A DNA stretch of 32,000 nucleotides from Nitrosospira multiformis ATCC 25196 (GCF_000196355.1 NC_007614.1:2910001-2942000), one strand, 5' to 3'; shown: positions 17,795 to 28,368, counted from the first letter of the stretch. Notes: generated by a model from the sequence alone, not told the origin. Translations and numbers: made by a program.

Positions 17795-20467
17795 CTAACG
17801 CACAAATCGAGCCTTTGCCCCTGCGGCCGGCGCGCGCAGCAATGCAGGCAGTATCACCAGTGTACAGATAAGCGTAAAAGCCAGCCCCACGGTAAGCATT
17901 ATTCCCATACTCGCAGTGCCTCTGTGAGACGAGAACATCAGACTTGCGAAATCCACCAGCGCGGTCAGGGCGCTGTAAAAAATCGCCCGCGCAGTGCTGG
18001 TATGGATCAGGATCTCGCTTACCAGTTCATTATTCAGACTGCGATGCACCATATGCAGGCTGCTATCGATCCCCAGGCCAAGCAAAAGCGGGAGAGCAAT
18101 GATATTGGCAAAATTGAACGGAACATCCAGCAGGACTGTGAACGCAGCGGTAAACAGGCTGGACAGCAACAGCGGGAGCAGGACCAGCAGCATGTACTTT
18201 ACACTGCGCAACAACACCAGCAGGGCAACGATAATTCCAACGAGCGCAAGCAAAAACGCCTGCATGAAGGCGTGCACTACCGCCTCGCCCGCTTCAAGGG
18301 TCACCACTGGCGCTCCCGTCACTTCGGGCGCCACTTTCTGCACGCTTCGCACGAAGCGCCGCAATGCATTGTTGTCGTTCAGGTCTTCTGATGGATAAAT
18401 TGCCAAGCGATATTCGCCTGACTGGGCCTGCCAGCGGTTGCTCAACGATGGCGGCAGATCCTGCTCGCCAAACAGGTTGGCTTCCGTCGCCGTACGCAGG
18501 CTCTCCAGCGCCGCAGGCAACGTAACCAGCAGATCTCCCTCCAGGGACCGCAACAAGGCGACCTGGCCGGCAGGACTGGCTGTATCAAGCTGTTCAAACA
18601 GGGAGCTCAGGGATGACCTGAGCTTGCGTGCGGCCGGAACTGCCGCATGCTCCGGGCGTGCGGCAATAAAATTGTCCAGTGCGACGGTCAGTGCGTCGAG
18701 CGCCTCGCGCTGTTGCCGGAGGGAACTCTCCACGCGGCGATCCTGTCCCACCTCCGCGATCGGTCCCACGGTCAACGCCATTTCCTCGATGAGTTGCAGC
18801 TTTTCTTCCTGATTGGCCGGCACGAAGTCGGGGAGACTGACTACCTTCTCCACTTCGGGAAGCTTGCTCAATGCCTGCGTCAGACGGGCCAGTTCCTTCT
18901 TGTCTTCTGCCAGCGCCACGGAATGCCACGGCGAGAGATCGGGCTGCGCAAGGAGTTCACGAAAGGCCTGTATCGCTTTTCCCTTCTGATCCTGCAAATT
19001 CAGGAGATTGTAGTCGAACCGCACCTGAGGCAGCAGAAGAAGCGCGCCAATCGACGCGGCAAGCGTGGCGGCGTAGGTGAGTCTGTGCCACTTCAGGGAT
19101 AATTCCAGCACTCTGCCAACCGACGCTTTCGGGGGGGCACTTGCCTTGGCTTGCTGTCGTTTCGGGAGGTAACGCAGCAGGGCAGGCGCAACCGTAAGAG
19201 TTACCAGAAGACTGATAATCATGCCTGTGCCGGAGATGATGCCCAATTCCGCCACGCCGCTGTAATCTGTAGGAATGAACGCGTAGAAACCGATCGCGTT
19301 TGTGATTGTACAGGCAGTAAGCGCCGCGCCTGCATCCCCGCCTGAAACATGCAGCGCCTCGGTAGACGAGTTGCCGCTTTCCAGAACTTCGCGATAACGC
19401 AGCAGAAAGTGAATGGCGAAGTCGGCCCCCAGACCGATGTACAGCACGGCAAACGCAATGGAGATCAGGTTGACATGACCTACTGCGGCGGTGGCAAATG
19501 CCGCCGTAAGAATCAGGCCCATGGCGAGACACACCAGTACGTTGATGATCAGTCCGGGCGCTCGCATCGCAAAATAAAGAACCACGACAACCAGGATGAA
19601 GGTGATGATTCCTGCGTATTGCATGCCGAGCAGCGAACTGCTCAGTTCGTCATGCGATAACGCCACTTCCCCGGTAATACGCAGGCGGACTGCTCCATCC
19701 TCCGTAATTCCTGCATCGCCCGCCGCGGCGAATAGCGCGTTGATGGCCTGCTCCCCGGGAAACATCTGATCATAATTGAGCTTCGGCTTGGCTATGATCA
19801 ATTCCTGGTATTTGCTTTTTTGCGATTCGCCGCTGAAGAGGGCTTGCCACGACAACGCACGCGGCGCTCCTTCCAGTCTTGCTTTCATCGTGTCACTCAC
19901 TGCCCCCAGCACCGGACTGAGTTCCATGTCGCGGCCCTTCTGCAATTCCTCTATCGCGCCCGTCAGCACATCGGCGAAAGCCGCGAGCGTAGGATTTCCG
20001 GCAATATGGGCCATCAACGGCTGCGCGGCAGCCACACGGTCGGTTATGTGCTGCAGTTCCGCAACGCTTTCATAGAGCAGGCCATTGCGCGTGAAGAAGT
20101 CGCCTGCTGTCGGGGGATAGATATCCTCGAAATTGAGAGTGTCTTTTTTCAGCTGCGCGGCAAGGCGTTCGGTGGCCTGATGGACCTGCTCAGGCGTCGG
20201 CGCTTCCAGCACTACCAGAAGCGTGTCGACATCCTGCGGAAATGTCTTGTTGTAGTGGGTGATGTTGACACGAAACGGCAGATCCCTGGAGAGCATGTCG
20301 GTTGTGTCGGTATTCATGCCGAGATTGCGCGAGACGTAGATGCTGCATCCTGCGGAAATCAGCAGTGCTGTGAAAAGAACCCAGGCGCTATGACGATAGC
20401 AAACAGTGGCCCAAGCTGCAAAAATACGGTAGATGCGGCTTTCCGAGCCGTTGTCTGTTGTGGTCAT
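17795..20467 (-). CDS. hpnN: Hopanoid biosynthesis-associated RND (MMPL) transporter HpnN
   Basis: 890 aa, two sets of TM helices, GLGADFAIHFLLRY...GLGIDSSLHMVHR SSD/MMPL motifs; genomic context with hpnM/hpnH/shc. Confidence 0.92.
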   Translation of the reverse strand: MTTTDNGSESRIYRIFAAWATVCYRHSAWVLFTALLISAGCSIYVSRNLGMNTDTTDMLSRDLPFRVNITHYNKTFPQDVDTLLVVLEAPTPEQVHQATERLAAQLKKDTLNFEDIYPPTAGDFFTRNGLLYESVAELQHITDRVAAAQPLMAHIAGNPTLAAFADVLTGAIEELQKGRDMELSPVLGAVSDTMKARLEGAPRALSWQALFSGESQKSKYQELIIAKPKLNYDQMFPGEQAINALFAAAGDAGITEDGAVRLRITGEVALSHDELSSSLLGMQYAGIITFILVVVVLYFAMRAPGLIINVLVCLAMGLILTAAFATAAVGHVNLISIAFAVLYIGLGADFAIHFLLRYREVLESGNSSTEALHVSGGDAGAALTACTITNAIGFYAFIPTDYSGVAELGIISGTGMIISLLVTLTVAPALLRYLPKRQQAKASAPPKASVGRVLELSLKWHRLTYAATLAASIGALLLLPQVRFDYNLLNLQDQKGKAIQAFRELLAQPDLSPWHSVALAEDKKELARLTQALSKLPEVEKVVSLPDFVPANQEEKLQLIEEMALTVGPIAEVGQDRRVESSLRQQREALDALTVALDNFIAARPEHAAVPAARKLRSSLSSLFEQLDTASPAGQVALLRSLEGDLLVTLPAALESLRTATEANLFGEQDLPPSLSNRWQAQSGEYRLAIYPSEDLNDNNALRRFVRSVQKVAPEVTGAPVVTLEAGEAVVHAFMQAFLLALVGIIVALLVLLRSVKYMLLVLLPLLLSSLFTAAFTVLLDVPFNFANIIALPLLLGLGIDSSLHMVHRSLNNELVSEILIHTSTARAIFYSALTALVDFASLMFSSHRGTASMGIMLTVGLAFTLICTLVILPALLRAPAAGAKARFVR

Positions 20468-20621
20468 GCTGGGGAAGCAATGTCGGGGAATCGATCCGTG
20501 CTTAGAGGATGGTTTCGGGGGTTAGCAGCGAACGAGGTAAAAAAGAATCCCGGTCGTTGGCGAAACAGAATGCAAAAAGGGAAACCTGAAGTCGGGCTTT
20601 TCCTTGGGTCCATCAAGCTGC

Positions 20622-20707
20622 CGTCATACCCGCGAAAGCGGTTATCCGGTTTTTTCAACGAAATAATATTATAAATCCGGTGGATTTCCGCTTTCACGGA
20701 AATGACG
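20622..20707. repeat. Pair of inverted approx. 28-31-bp units, likely a dispersed intergenic palindromic repeat
   Basis: CGTCATACCCGCGAAAGCGGTTATCCGG (20622-20649) versus reverse complement of 20677-20707, CGTCATTTCCGTGAAAGCGGAAATCCACCGG; resembles the common 'GTCATTCCCGCGAAAGCGGGAATCC' proteobacterial intergenic repeat. Confidence 0.75.
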
Positions 20708-20880
20708 ATCAAGGTTTGGCCGGAAGGTTTCTGCCTCTTATTACAAGCCCCGCCCCTTTTGCCCATGCGGTTCTCTGGATGTCACCGATTTTATTCCGGG
20801 TGAAGCGGGCACGGGCTCGAAGTCCGGCGCGACAAGGGCTGGTGGGAAAAGTTGTTTCAAGATTGTCGTGAGAGCAGTGT

Positions 20881-21510
20881 TCAGTCTTTTCCTGCCTGCT
20901 CGATCTTCTGCTGGAGCATGTCGAGGAGCTTTGGGAAACCGTCGCGCTGAAGAATGGCCCTGTACTCGACCCGTTTCAGTGCCAGATCGCTGACACCGTC
21001 GGCCAGAATATTCACGATACGCCACCCATCCTTTCCTTGCCGCAGCATGTAGTCAAAGCGTACTGGCTCGCCGCCGGATTGAATCAACTTGCTACGTATC
21101 ATTACCTGCTCCCGGGGCATGGATTGACGCTCGAGAGACTCAAACCGCTCGCCGTCATATTCCTTGAACTGACTTGCGTAAGTAGCTATGCTCAGCTTGC
21201 GAAAAGTATCTGTAAAGGTACGCTGCTGCTCAGCGCTCAATTGGGTCCAGTTCGCTCCCAGCGACGTGCGCGCGATAAAATCAAGATCATGCGTCTGATT
21301 GATGACAGGAGCCAGCAATTCATAGCGTCCCTCATAGCCGAGCTTTGCGCCCTCGCGCATCGCCTTGATGAGTGCTTCCTGCAACTGTTTGACGACTTGT
21401 TCCGGCGTTCCCGACTCCTGGGTTTCGCTCCAGGAGGGAGACGCCGCCAGAAGCATCAGGACAATTATTTGAAGTTGCAGCAGTGACTTCAGTGCACTCA
21501 GGATCTTCAT
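20881..21510 (-). CDS. hpnM: MlaC/Ttg2D-family ABC toluene-tolerance-like periplasmic protein (HpnM)
   Basis: MKILSALKSLLQLQIIVLMLLAASPSWS signal peptide; DFIARTSLGANWTQLSAEQQRTFTDTFRKLSIATYASQF...YRAILQRDGFPKLLDML. Confidence 0.9.
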   Translation of the reverse strand: MKILSALKSLLQLQIIVLMLLAASPSWSETQESGTPEQVVKQLQEALIKAMREGAKLGYEGRYELLAPVINQTHDLDFIARTSLGANWTQLSAEQQRTFTDTFRKLSIATYASQFKEYDGERFESLERQSMPREQVMIRSKLIQSGGEPVRFDYMLRQGKDGWRIVNILADGVSDLALKRVEYRAILQRDGFPKLLDMLQQKIEQAGKD

Positions 21511-21842
21511 GTTGATAATCTTATAGCAGTTTGTCCATGCACATGACTTGATGAGGCATCTCATCCGGCAATATTCCTTGCGATATTCGGCCAGCTGGGT
21601 TTTGCATCGAGTGGCCGATAGTTTCTATACCCCGGAAATCAGATACCCCCCGCGTGACGCTTCCACGATTACATCCCCCACCCCTTTAGCCTTTTGCCGC
21701 TCACGCCTGCGCACCCGGCAGGACGCCAGGTCCTGCCATTCATCGGACCCCCTCCGGTAAAGTTGTCTCGGGCAAACCAGCATGCATCGATTTTTAGGGC
21801 TGCCGGCTACACGCAGTGTCGCTGTTTCGGCAACGGCCAATG

Positions 21843-22952
21843 CTATCGCTCTACCTTGACCGGAATTCCCGCAAGCGTGGCCGGGGTTTGCAGTTCCTCT
21901 CGCGCCCATTTCGGCGTGGGCTCCGCCACCATCGGTCCGGTTGTTTTTGGTCCCCTGATGGAGGTGAGCAGGGCTTTCAGCGGATGCTGCAGCATATCTT
22001 CCACGGCTGTGGCTTCATAGCCGCAATGCGCCATGCATTGGGCACACTTCGGGTTGCTGCTGTTGCCATATTTATCCCAGGGAGTATCATCCAGCAGCTC
22101 CTGGAAACTGGATGCATACCCTTCATCCGGAAGCAGATAGCAGGGCTTTTGCCAACCGAAAATGTTGCGCGTCGGATTACCCCAGGGCGTGCACTGATAG
22201 TTCTGGTTACCCGCGAGAAAATCGAGATAAAGCGACGAGTGATTGAGCTTCCATTTACGGGTCTTGCCTATCTTGAAAATGCCCCTGAAGAGATTCTTGG
22301 TATCCTTCCCCTTAATGAAGATATCCTGCCTGGGAGCGCGCTCATAACTGAACCCGGGCGCGATCGTCGCACCCTCCACTCCCAGCTCCATCGCATAGTC
22401 GAGGAACTCCGCAACATCTTCCGGTGTTTCGCCCTGGAACAAGGTGCAATTGACGGTAACCCTGAATCCCTTGGCAACCGCCAGTTTTATAGCCTCAACC
22501 GCACGATCGAACACTCCGTCCTGACAGACAGAGGCGTCATGCCTTTCCTTCAGACCATCCAGATGAATGGAAAAGGTCAAATAAGGCGAAGGGGTATAGT
22601 CGTCAATCTTCTTCTTTAACAAAAGCGCATTGGTACACAGATAAACATATTTCCTGCGCGCAATGATGCCTCTGACAATCTCCGGCATTTCCTTATGTAT
22701 CAGTGGCTCCCCACCGGGGATGGAAACCATGGGGGCTCCACACTCATCGACCGCCTGCATGCATTCCTCATACGACATCCGCTTGTCCAGAATGTGGTCG
22801 GGATAATCGATCTTGCCGCAGCCGGCACAGGCCAGATTGCACCGGAACAGGGGCTCCAGCATCAAGACCATAGGATATTTTTTTACTCCTCCCAACTTTT
22901 GCTTGAGCAGATAAGTGCCGACAGCTATCTGTTGACGTAAAGGAACTCCCAT
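21843..22952 (-). CDS. hpnH: Adenosyl-hopene transferase HpnH (radical SAM)
   Basis: MGVPLRQQIAVGTYLLKQKLGGVKKYPMVLMLEPLFRCNLACAGCGKIDYP (CxxxCxxC radical SAM), SIHLDGLKERHD; GGAGG SD upstream of ATG 22952. Confidence 0.96.
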   Translation of the reverse strand: MGVPLRQQIAVGTYLLKQKLGGVKKYPMVLMLEPLFRCNLACAGCGKIDYPDHILDKRMSYEECMQAVDECGAPMVSIPGGEPLIHKEMPEIVRGIIARRKYVYLCTNALLLKKKIDDYTPSPYLTFSIHLDGLKERHDASVCQDGVFDRAVEAIKLAVAKGFRVTVNCTLFQGETPEDVAEFLDYAMELGVEGATIAPGFSYERAPRQDIFIKGKDTKNLFRGIFKIGKTRKWKLNHSSLYLDFLAGNQNYQCTPWGNPTRNIFGWQKPCYLLPDEGYASSFQELLDDTPWDKYGNSSNPKCAQCMAHCGYEATAVEDMLQHPLKALLTSIRGPKTTGPMVAEPTPKWAREELQTPATLAGIPVKVER

Positions 22953-23390
22953 GTATAAATCCTCCAAAAAACTTCCGTAAACTTTATTAATGTCAGGTTG
23001 GGGTCACCTGATTTCTTCCTGTTGTTATGCAGGTGCTGAAGTTGTCTGAAGTTGCACCGGGACACTTCAATGCTGGTTCGTTTTTGCGAAACCCCGGAAA
23101 AAATAAGCTGGGTTCGCCCTTAGAATAGGGCAATCAGGCGATAAGCCCTGCGAAAACCACCTGCACTTTCGATCCGACAGTTACTTGTCATTCTTCTTGC
23201 CAGGATTGCTGTAACGTTTTGTCCTGTAAGCATGTTAACACGTATATTTTCCAAACTAAACTCACAACTCATCCAGGGTTAAACCGCGCAGAGAACATGA
23301 TCTGGCCCGACAAGGCTGCCCAGCGGGGGCCAAACGGGTTCGTCCGGAGTCGCGGTTCAATGCAATTGACATTTAATCGAAGACGGAAAA

Positions 23391-23414
23391 AAAGGGGCGC
23401 CGAGGCGCCCCTTT
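23391..23414 (-). terminator. Intrinsic terminator of the porin gene
   Basis: Minus strand: AAAGGGGCGC-CTCG-GCGCCCCTTTTTTTCC; perfect 10-bp stem, 4-nt loop, T run, just past the stop at 23433. Confidence 0.9.
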
Positions 23415-23432
23415 CTTGCTGTTGAACAACAA

Positions 23433-24716
23433 TCAGAAATTGTGGCGAAGACCGATAGTGAAGGTACTCCGGTTGCTGCCGGGAGCCACATAGTTGGGTG
23501 CCGTGTAGCCCACCGTTGCGCCGGGAGCGGGCGCCAGATCATTAACCCCTGACCCTGCCGGATTGTTGTCGGTTACGTACACGTGCTGATAGCCGCCGAA
23601 CAGACTGGTGCGCTTGCTCAGGTTGTGAATCGCACCCACGGTAAAGCTGTCGGCCTTGCGTGAGCCCGCGGCATTCACGCCACCAGCATGGGCCTTGGTC
23701 ATACCGCCCTGCGCCACCAGCGTGGTGCTGCCCAATCTGTATTGGGCGCTGGCAAACCAGAGATTGCCGTCTCCCCCCCAGTTCATGGCGGAGTTGCACT
23801 GGCCGGAAACCAGTCCGGAATCGAGCGGATTCGCGGTCAGGGAAGCGGCAGTGCTACATGTGGCCGCCCCGAGCGCGTTGTTGACATCTTCATACTGCCC
23901 GCTCAGCTTGAAATTTTCCCAGGCCCATGAAGCGCCCACGCGCCATATTTCTTCTGTTCTGAGGCCGATGCTTTTCTGGATGCCATTGGCATTATCCCGC
24001 GAATAGCCGCCGAAGATATCGAGGCCCATGCCCATGAAATCAGCATGGTACTTGGCTGCCGCCTGTCCATCGAATTCACCGTTGCGCCCGCCGGTATTGC
24101 CATTGCTGCCCAGGCCGCCAGGAAGGAAGCCGGAAAGGAGGCTGCCGTCCTGAAGAGGATTGAGAGAATTGGCATCGCCCGGCATCAGGATACCCGAGAA
24201 GGTGAACCCTTCGATGCTTGCGGAGTCATAACGAATGGCGCTGTTGACGAAAGTATTCGCACCGGAACCCATGCCATTCGCCGCACCGGACATGGTACCG
24301 CCGGCGCCATTCGCTTGCAGGGTCGTGTAGGCGAACGGATCGATTGTCATGCCCCCGGCAAAATCCTTGAAGGGGGACTGGAGACGACCGAACCTGATAT
24401 CGCCCCAGTGGCTGTGGGAGAGGCCGACCCACTGCTCGCGAGGCGTGGTGGCGGAACCGGAGCCGGTGTTAAGCCCGAATTCGAGACGGGCATTTGCTTT
24501 CAGGCCATTGCCCAGATCTTCTGTAACCTGCAGACCCCAGCGGGAAGAGCGGGAATTGTCCTGGAGCGCTCCCTGGCTGGGCTGACCAGCGAAATCAACG
24601 AGACTGTATTCAGCTTGTGCCCGACCAAAAAGCGTAACGTTTGTCCCCTGAGCGGATGCAACCACCGGGGCCGCGAGTGCACCGGCGACGGCCAGCGCAA
24701 TCAGTTTCTTTTTCAT
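23433..24716 (-). CDS. Gram-negative general porin (betaproteobacterial type)
   Basis: MKKKLIALAVAGALAAPVVASAQGTNVTLFGRAQAEYSLVD..., LGLQVTEDLGNGLKA-like motif, C-terminal ...FTIGLRHNF. Confidence 0.95.
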   Translation of the reverse strand: MKKKLIALAVAGALAAPVVASAQGTNVTLFGRAQAEYSLVDFAGQPSQGALQDNSRSSRWGLQVTEDLGNGLKANARLEFGLNTGSGSATTPREQWVGLSHSHWGDIRFGRLQSPFKDFAGGMTIDPFAYTTLQANGAGGTMSGAANGMGSGANTFVNSAIRYDSASIEGFTFSGILMPGDANSLNPLQDGSLLSGFLPGGLGSNGNTGGRNGEFDGQAAAKYHADFMGMGLDIFGGYSRDNANGIQKSIGLRTEEIWRVGASWAWENFKLSGQYEDVNNALGAATCSTAASLTANPLDSGLVSGQCNSAMNWGGDGNLWFASAQYRLGSTTLVAQGGMTKAHAGGVNAAGSRKADSFTVGAIHNLSKRTSLFGGYQHVYVTDNNPAGSGVNDLAPAPGATVGYTAPNYVAPGSNRSTFTIGLRHNF

Positions 24717-24964
24717 GTGGAAAATCTCCTTTAAAGTTGAAACGGTGGGGCCTCGCACCGACCCTATTTCGGTGGGAGTTTATTCCCGCTGCCTGGACCT
24801 CCCGAAAATGAGAGGGTTGAGAGATTGTGCCTAACGTAACAAAGCCTAGCAAGGAAATAAAGAGAGTTTAGGAGGTGGGCAGGGATATGTGTTGCTTTTT
24901 TGCAACAAAGCAGGGGAACCTTCGGAAGCCTTTGAGTTGAATGCAACCCGGACGGATTGATGAA

Positions 24965-25804
24965 TTACCCGAACAACCTCGCCAGCTCGGTCCCGGGATC
25001 GGGAGCCCGCATGAAGGCTTCGCCCACGAGGAAGATGCCTACCCCGTGCCCGCGCATCAGCGCAACATCGTCAGGTGTGAGTACCCCGCTTTCGGTGATG
25101 GCCATACGGTCTGGGGGAATGCGGTCTAGCAGATGCAGGGTCGTATCCAGGCGGGTTTCAAACGTATGCAGGTTGCGGTTATTGATGCCGATCAGGGGAG
25201 ACGCCAACTCCAGCGCCAGCTCGAGTTCCGCCCCATCATGAACCTCCACCAGAACGGCCATCCCGAGCGCATGAGCCAACGACTCCAGCTTGCGCATTTC
25301 CACTACCGCTTCTTCCTGCTGCCGGTGGCTCCCGGCCGAAATGAAAGGATCGCGGAAGGCGGCGACAATGATGAGGATGCAATCCGCACCCATGAGCCTT
25401 GCCTCGGCGACCTGATATTCGTCCAGCATGAAATCCTTGCGCAGGACCGGCAGGTCGCAGGCGCTTCTGGCCTGCTTCAGATATTCCGCGCTGCCACCGA
25501 AATACTGCTGGTCCGTCAGAACCGACAGACAGGCCGCGCCATGCTGGCCATAGCTCACGGCGATGGCGGCAGGGTCGAACTGCTCACGCAACACGCCCTT
25601 GCTGGGACTGGCCTTCTTTATTTCCGCAATGACGGCCGGTAATCCCAGGGCGAGCTTCTTGCGAAGCGCCCCAATGAAATCCCTTGGCGGCGGTAACGCT
25701 TCCGCCTGGCGGCGAAGCACGGCGAGAGAACCCTGCGCTTTCAATGCCGCAATCTCCTGTCGCTTTGTCGCCACAATCTCCTGAAGAATATTAGCCATGA
25801 TCAA
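24965..25804 (-). CDS. trpC: Indole-3-glycerol phosphate synthase
   Basis: [22 protein letters not shown]...[17 protein letters not shown]...[17 protein letters not shown]...[12 protein letters not shown]...SESGVLTP-like. Confidence 0.97.
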   Translation of the reverse strand: MIMANILQEIVATKRQEIAALKAQGSLAVLRRQAEALPPPRDFIGALRKKLALGLPAVIAEIKKASPSKGVLREQFDPAAIAVSYGQHGAACLSVLTDQQYFGGSAEYLKQARSACDLPVLRKDFMLDEYQVAEARLMGADCILIIVAAFRDPFISAGSHRQQEEAVVEMRKLESLAHALGMAVLVEVHDGAELELALELASPLIGINNRNLHTFETRLDTTLHLLDRIPPDRMAITESGVLTPDDVALMRGHGVGIFLVGEAFMRAPDPGTELARLFG

Positions 25805-26853
25805 ACAAGAGAAACCTCACCGCGGTTCTGCCGGTTCGAGAATTCCACCAGCTCCTGCAATTTTTTCCTCGCGGCGCCGCTTTCTATGGCGGCATGCGCT
25901 TTTTTTACACCTTGCGCGAGCGACTCTGCGATACCTGCCACATAAATCGTGGCGCCCGCATTCAGCAATACGATATCCCGCGGCGGCCCCGGCTGATTAT
26001 TCAATATCGCTCTCAGCATCTCCGCAGACTGAGCGGTGTCATGCGCTTGTATGGTTTCAATGCGAGCCGCTTTCATGCCGAAATCTTCCGGCCTGATGGT
26101 ATATTCGAGGATCTGGCCGTGCCTGAGTTCACCCACCAGCGTCTCGCCAGCAATCGTAATCTCATCCAGTCCGCCTTGGTTGCCGGTGCAGCCATGAACC
26201 ACCATGACATGACGGCTGCCCAGGCGATGCAAAACGCGTGTGACGATGCCCACGAGATCGGGATGGAACACGCCCAGCAGTTGATTTTTTGCTCCGGCGG
26301 GATTGGTCAGCGGCCCGAGGATATTAAACAGGGTGCGCACCCCCAGTTCCCGCCGTACCGAGGCGGCATGTTTCATGGCGCTGTGGAAATTGGGCGCGAA
26401 CATGAAACCGAGCCCGATTTCCCTTATGTTCTCCGCTATTTGCGCGGGTGTCTGGTCGAGATTGACACCCAGTGCTTCGAGCACATCGGCACTTCCCGAT
26501 TTGCTGGAAACAGAGCGTCCGCCATGTTTCGCCACGCGTGCGCCGGCAGCCGCAGCGACGAACGCAGCGGTGGTGGAAATGTTGAAAGTATGGGCACTAT
26601 CCCCTCCTGTTCCACATGTATCGACGAGGCGGTCATCCTCCACTTGCACGGGGGCGGCAAATTCGCGCATTACCTGTGCCGCAGCAGCGATCTCGCCCAC
26701 GGTTTCCTTCTTTACACGCAACCCGGTAATAATCGCTGAAATCAGCGTGGGGGAGAGTTCTCCGCGCATGATCTGTCGCATGAGCGACAGCATTTCATCA
26801 TGAAAGATTTCACGGTGCTCGATGAGGCGCGTCAATGCTTCCTGCGGACTCAC
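25801..26853 (-). CDS. trpD: Anthranilate phosphoribosyltransferase
   Basis: [53 protein letters not shown]; ATGA overlap with trpC. Confidence 0.98.
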   Translation of the reverse strand: MSPQEALTRLIEHREIFHDEMLSLMRQIMRGELSPTLISAIITGLRVKKETVGEIAAAAQVMREFAAPVQVEDDRLVDTCGTGGDSAHTFNISTTAAFVAAAAGARVAKHGGRSVSSKSGSADVLEALGVNLDQTPAQIAENIREIGLGFMFAPNFHSAMKHAASVRRELGVRTLFNILGPLTNPAGAKNQLLGVFHPDLVGIVTRVLHRLGSRHVMVVHGCTGNQGGLDEITIAGETLVGELRHGQILEYTIRPEDFGMKAARIETIQAHDTAQSAEMLRAILNNQPGPPRDIVLLNAGATIYVAGIAESLAQGVKKAHAAIESGAARKKLQELVEFSNRQNRGEVSLV

Positions 26854-26925
26854 AGTGGCCTGCTACTGAATGATGCCGCCCCATCAATCCTTTCAACCCT
26901 TTGGCTGGGATTCATGCCACTTCCC

Positions 26926-27495
26926 TCAGTTTTCACTGTTCAGAAAATTCCCGAGCAATGTGTGCCCATGCTCGGTCAGGATGGATTCCGGATGAAACTG
27001 CACACCTTCGATGGGCAGGGTCTTGTGACGCACACCCATGATTTCTCCATCTTCGGTCCAGGCGGTCATTTCCAGGCAGTCGGGCAGAGTTTCCCGTTCA
27101 ATGACAAGAGAGTGGTAACGGATTGCGGTGAACGGGTTGGGCAAACCACGAAACACTCCCGCCCCATCATGAAAGATAAGCGAGGTCTTGCCGTGCATCG
27201 GTCGTGCCGAATGAATTATTTTTCCGCCGAAGGCCTGCCCTATGCTCTGATGACCGAGACAGACACCCAGCAGGGGGATCTGCTCATTGTAGCGCTCGAT
27301 CAGGGATATGGAGATTCCAGCCTTGCTCGGCGTGCACGGGCCTGGGGAGATCACGATGCGCTCAGGCTTTAACTGTGCAACTTCTTGAGGGGTGATTTCA
27401 TCATTGCGAAACACTTTCACTTCCTCGCCCAGTTCACCAAAATACTGGACCAGGTTATAAGTAAAGGAATCGTAATTATCGATCATCAACAGCAT
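26926..27495 (-). CDS. trpG: Anthranilate synthase component II (glutamine amidotransferase)
   Basis: [23 protein letters not shown]...[12 protein letters not shown]...[17 protein letters not shown]...[14 protein letters not shown]. Confidence 0.97.
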   Translation of the reverse strand: MLLMIDNYDSFTYNLVQYFGELGEEVKVFRNDEITPQEVAQLKPERIVISPGPCTPSKAGISISLIERYNEQIPLLGVCLGHQSIGQAFGGKIIHSARPMHGKTSLIFHDGAGVFRGLPNPFTAIRYHSLVIERETLPDCLEMTAWTEDGEIMGVRHKTLPIEGVQFHPESILTEHGHTLLGNFLNSEN

Positions 27496-27749
27496 AGTAA
27501 GAAATCCACCCGATGAAGTCTACCCCTGAAGGATGCAACCAGGATAGCAAAGAGACCGGTATTATCTCTTCTCCAAATCCGACGGGCAAGACCAACGGAA
27601 AGGTTTGATACGCCGGCTCCTTCAAGCAAAGAGCCGAACGTCCGGAGACGAAAAGAGGCGAAAAGAAACGGAAAGAAATTCTGTGCTGTCAGGAGCGATG
27701 CGGTCAGCGATGAGGATCGCTGGATCGCTGATGAAAAATCCCTACGCGG

Positions 27750-28217
27750 TCACCCGATCCGTTCCATGACAGCGAGAAGTTCGGTGTCGTCCATTTGCGC
27801 CAGCACGAGGATGCCAGCCCGCAAAATCTGGCTCTTCTTCGCCCGCCGTCCCTGATCCAGACACCGTTTCTTAAGCACGGAAATCTGCTTGTGCTCGTTC
27901 TCAGGGATAGAATAACTGTCGCGTATCCGTTTATTTTTCTTCGGCGTGGGGGTATTGGAAAACTCCCCTGCGTTCGCGTCCATTTCCTTCCCTGATCTTG
28001 CCTCCGCTACGCGCTTCCGCGGTTTGTCTTCTTTCGGGCTGTACTCACCGCTCTTGTCCGATGCCCTCGGCCTGCGAGGTCTGACAACTTCCGCTGGCGT
28101 CTCCGTCGGGGCGGAAGCCAGGGGGTCATTTTGTGATATTGCCGCTTCCTTTGCTGTCCGGCCAGGTTTTCTTGAATTCTGTTTTCTTGAATTCTGCCTG
28201 CCTGCTGCTGACGTCAT
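27750..28217 (-). CDS. Hypothetical basic protein with a C-terminal ribbon-helix-helix-like segment
   Basis: 155-aa ORF, low-complexity charged N-terminus, C-terminus KNKRIRDSYSIPENEHKQISVLKKRCLDQGRRAKKSQILRAGILVLAQMDDTELLAVM. Confidence 0.65.
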   Translation of the reverse strand: MTSAAGRQNSRKQNSRKPGRTAKEAAISQNDPLASAPTETPAEVVRPRRPRASDKSGEYSPKEDKPRKRVAEARSGKEMDANAGEFSNTPTPKKNKRIRDSYSIPENEHKQISVLKKRCLDQGRRAKKSQILRAGILVLAQMDDTELLAVMERIG

Positions 28218-28368
28218 GATTTCTCCTGAAAAGGGTCAAGGGGATATACATCCTGAAGCCATAAACAAACGATAGTGCTTCCCTTGATGCAATAGTTACC
28301 AGTCAAACTGGACTGGCAGACGGATACCCCGGAACATCGGGAAACATAAGACTCATCCGCTCGCTTCC

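Noticed and set aside
19820-20674. 284-aa plus-strand ORF
   Set aside because: Antisense to hpnN and running into the intergenic repeat; no recognisable domain.
23219-23425. 68-aa plus-strand ORF between hpnH and the porin gene
   Set aside because: Runs through the porin's intrinsic terminator and lacks a plausible ribosome binding site or domain.
25894-26739. 281-aa plus-strand ORF
   Set aside because: Antisense shadow of trpD.
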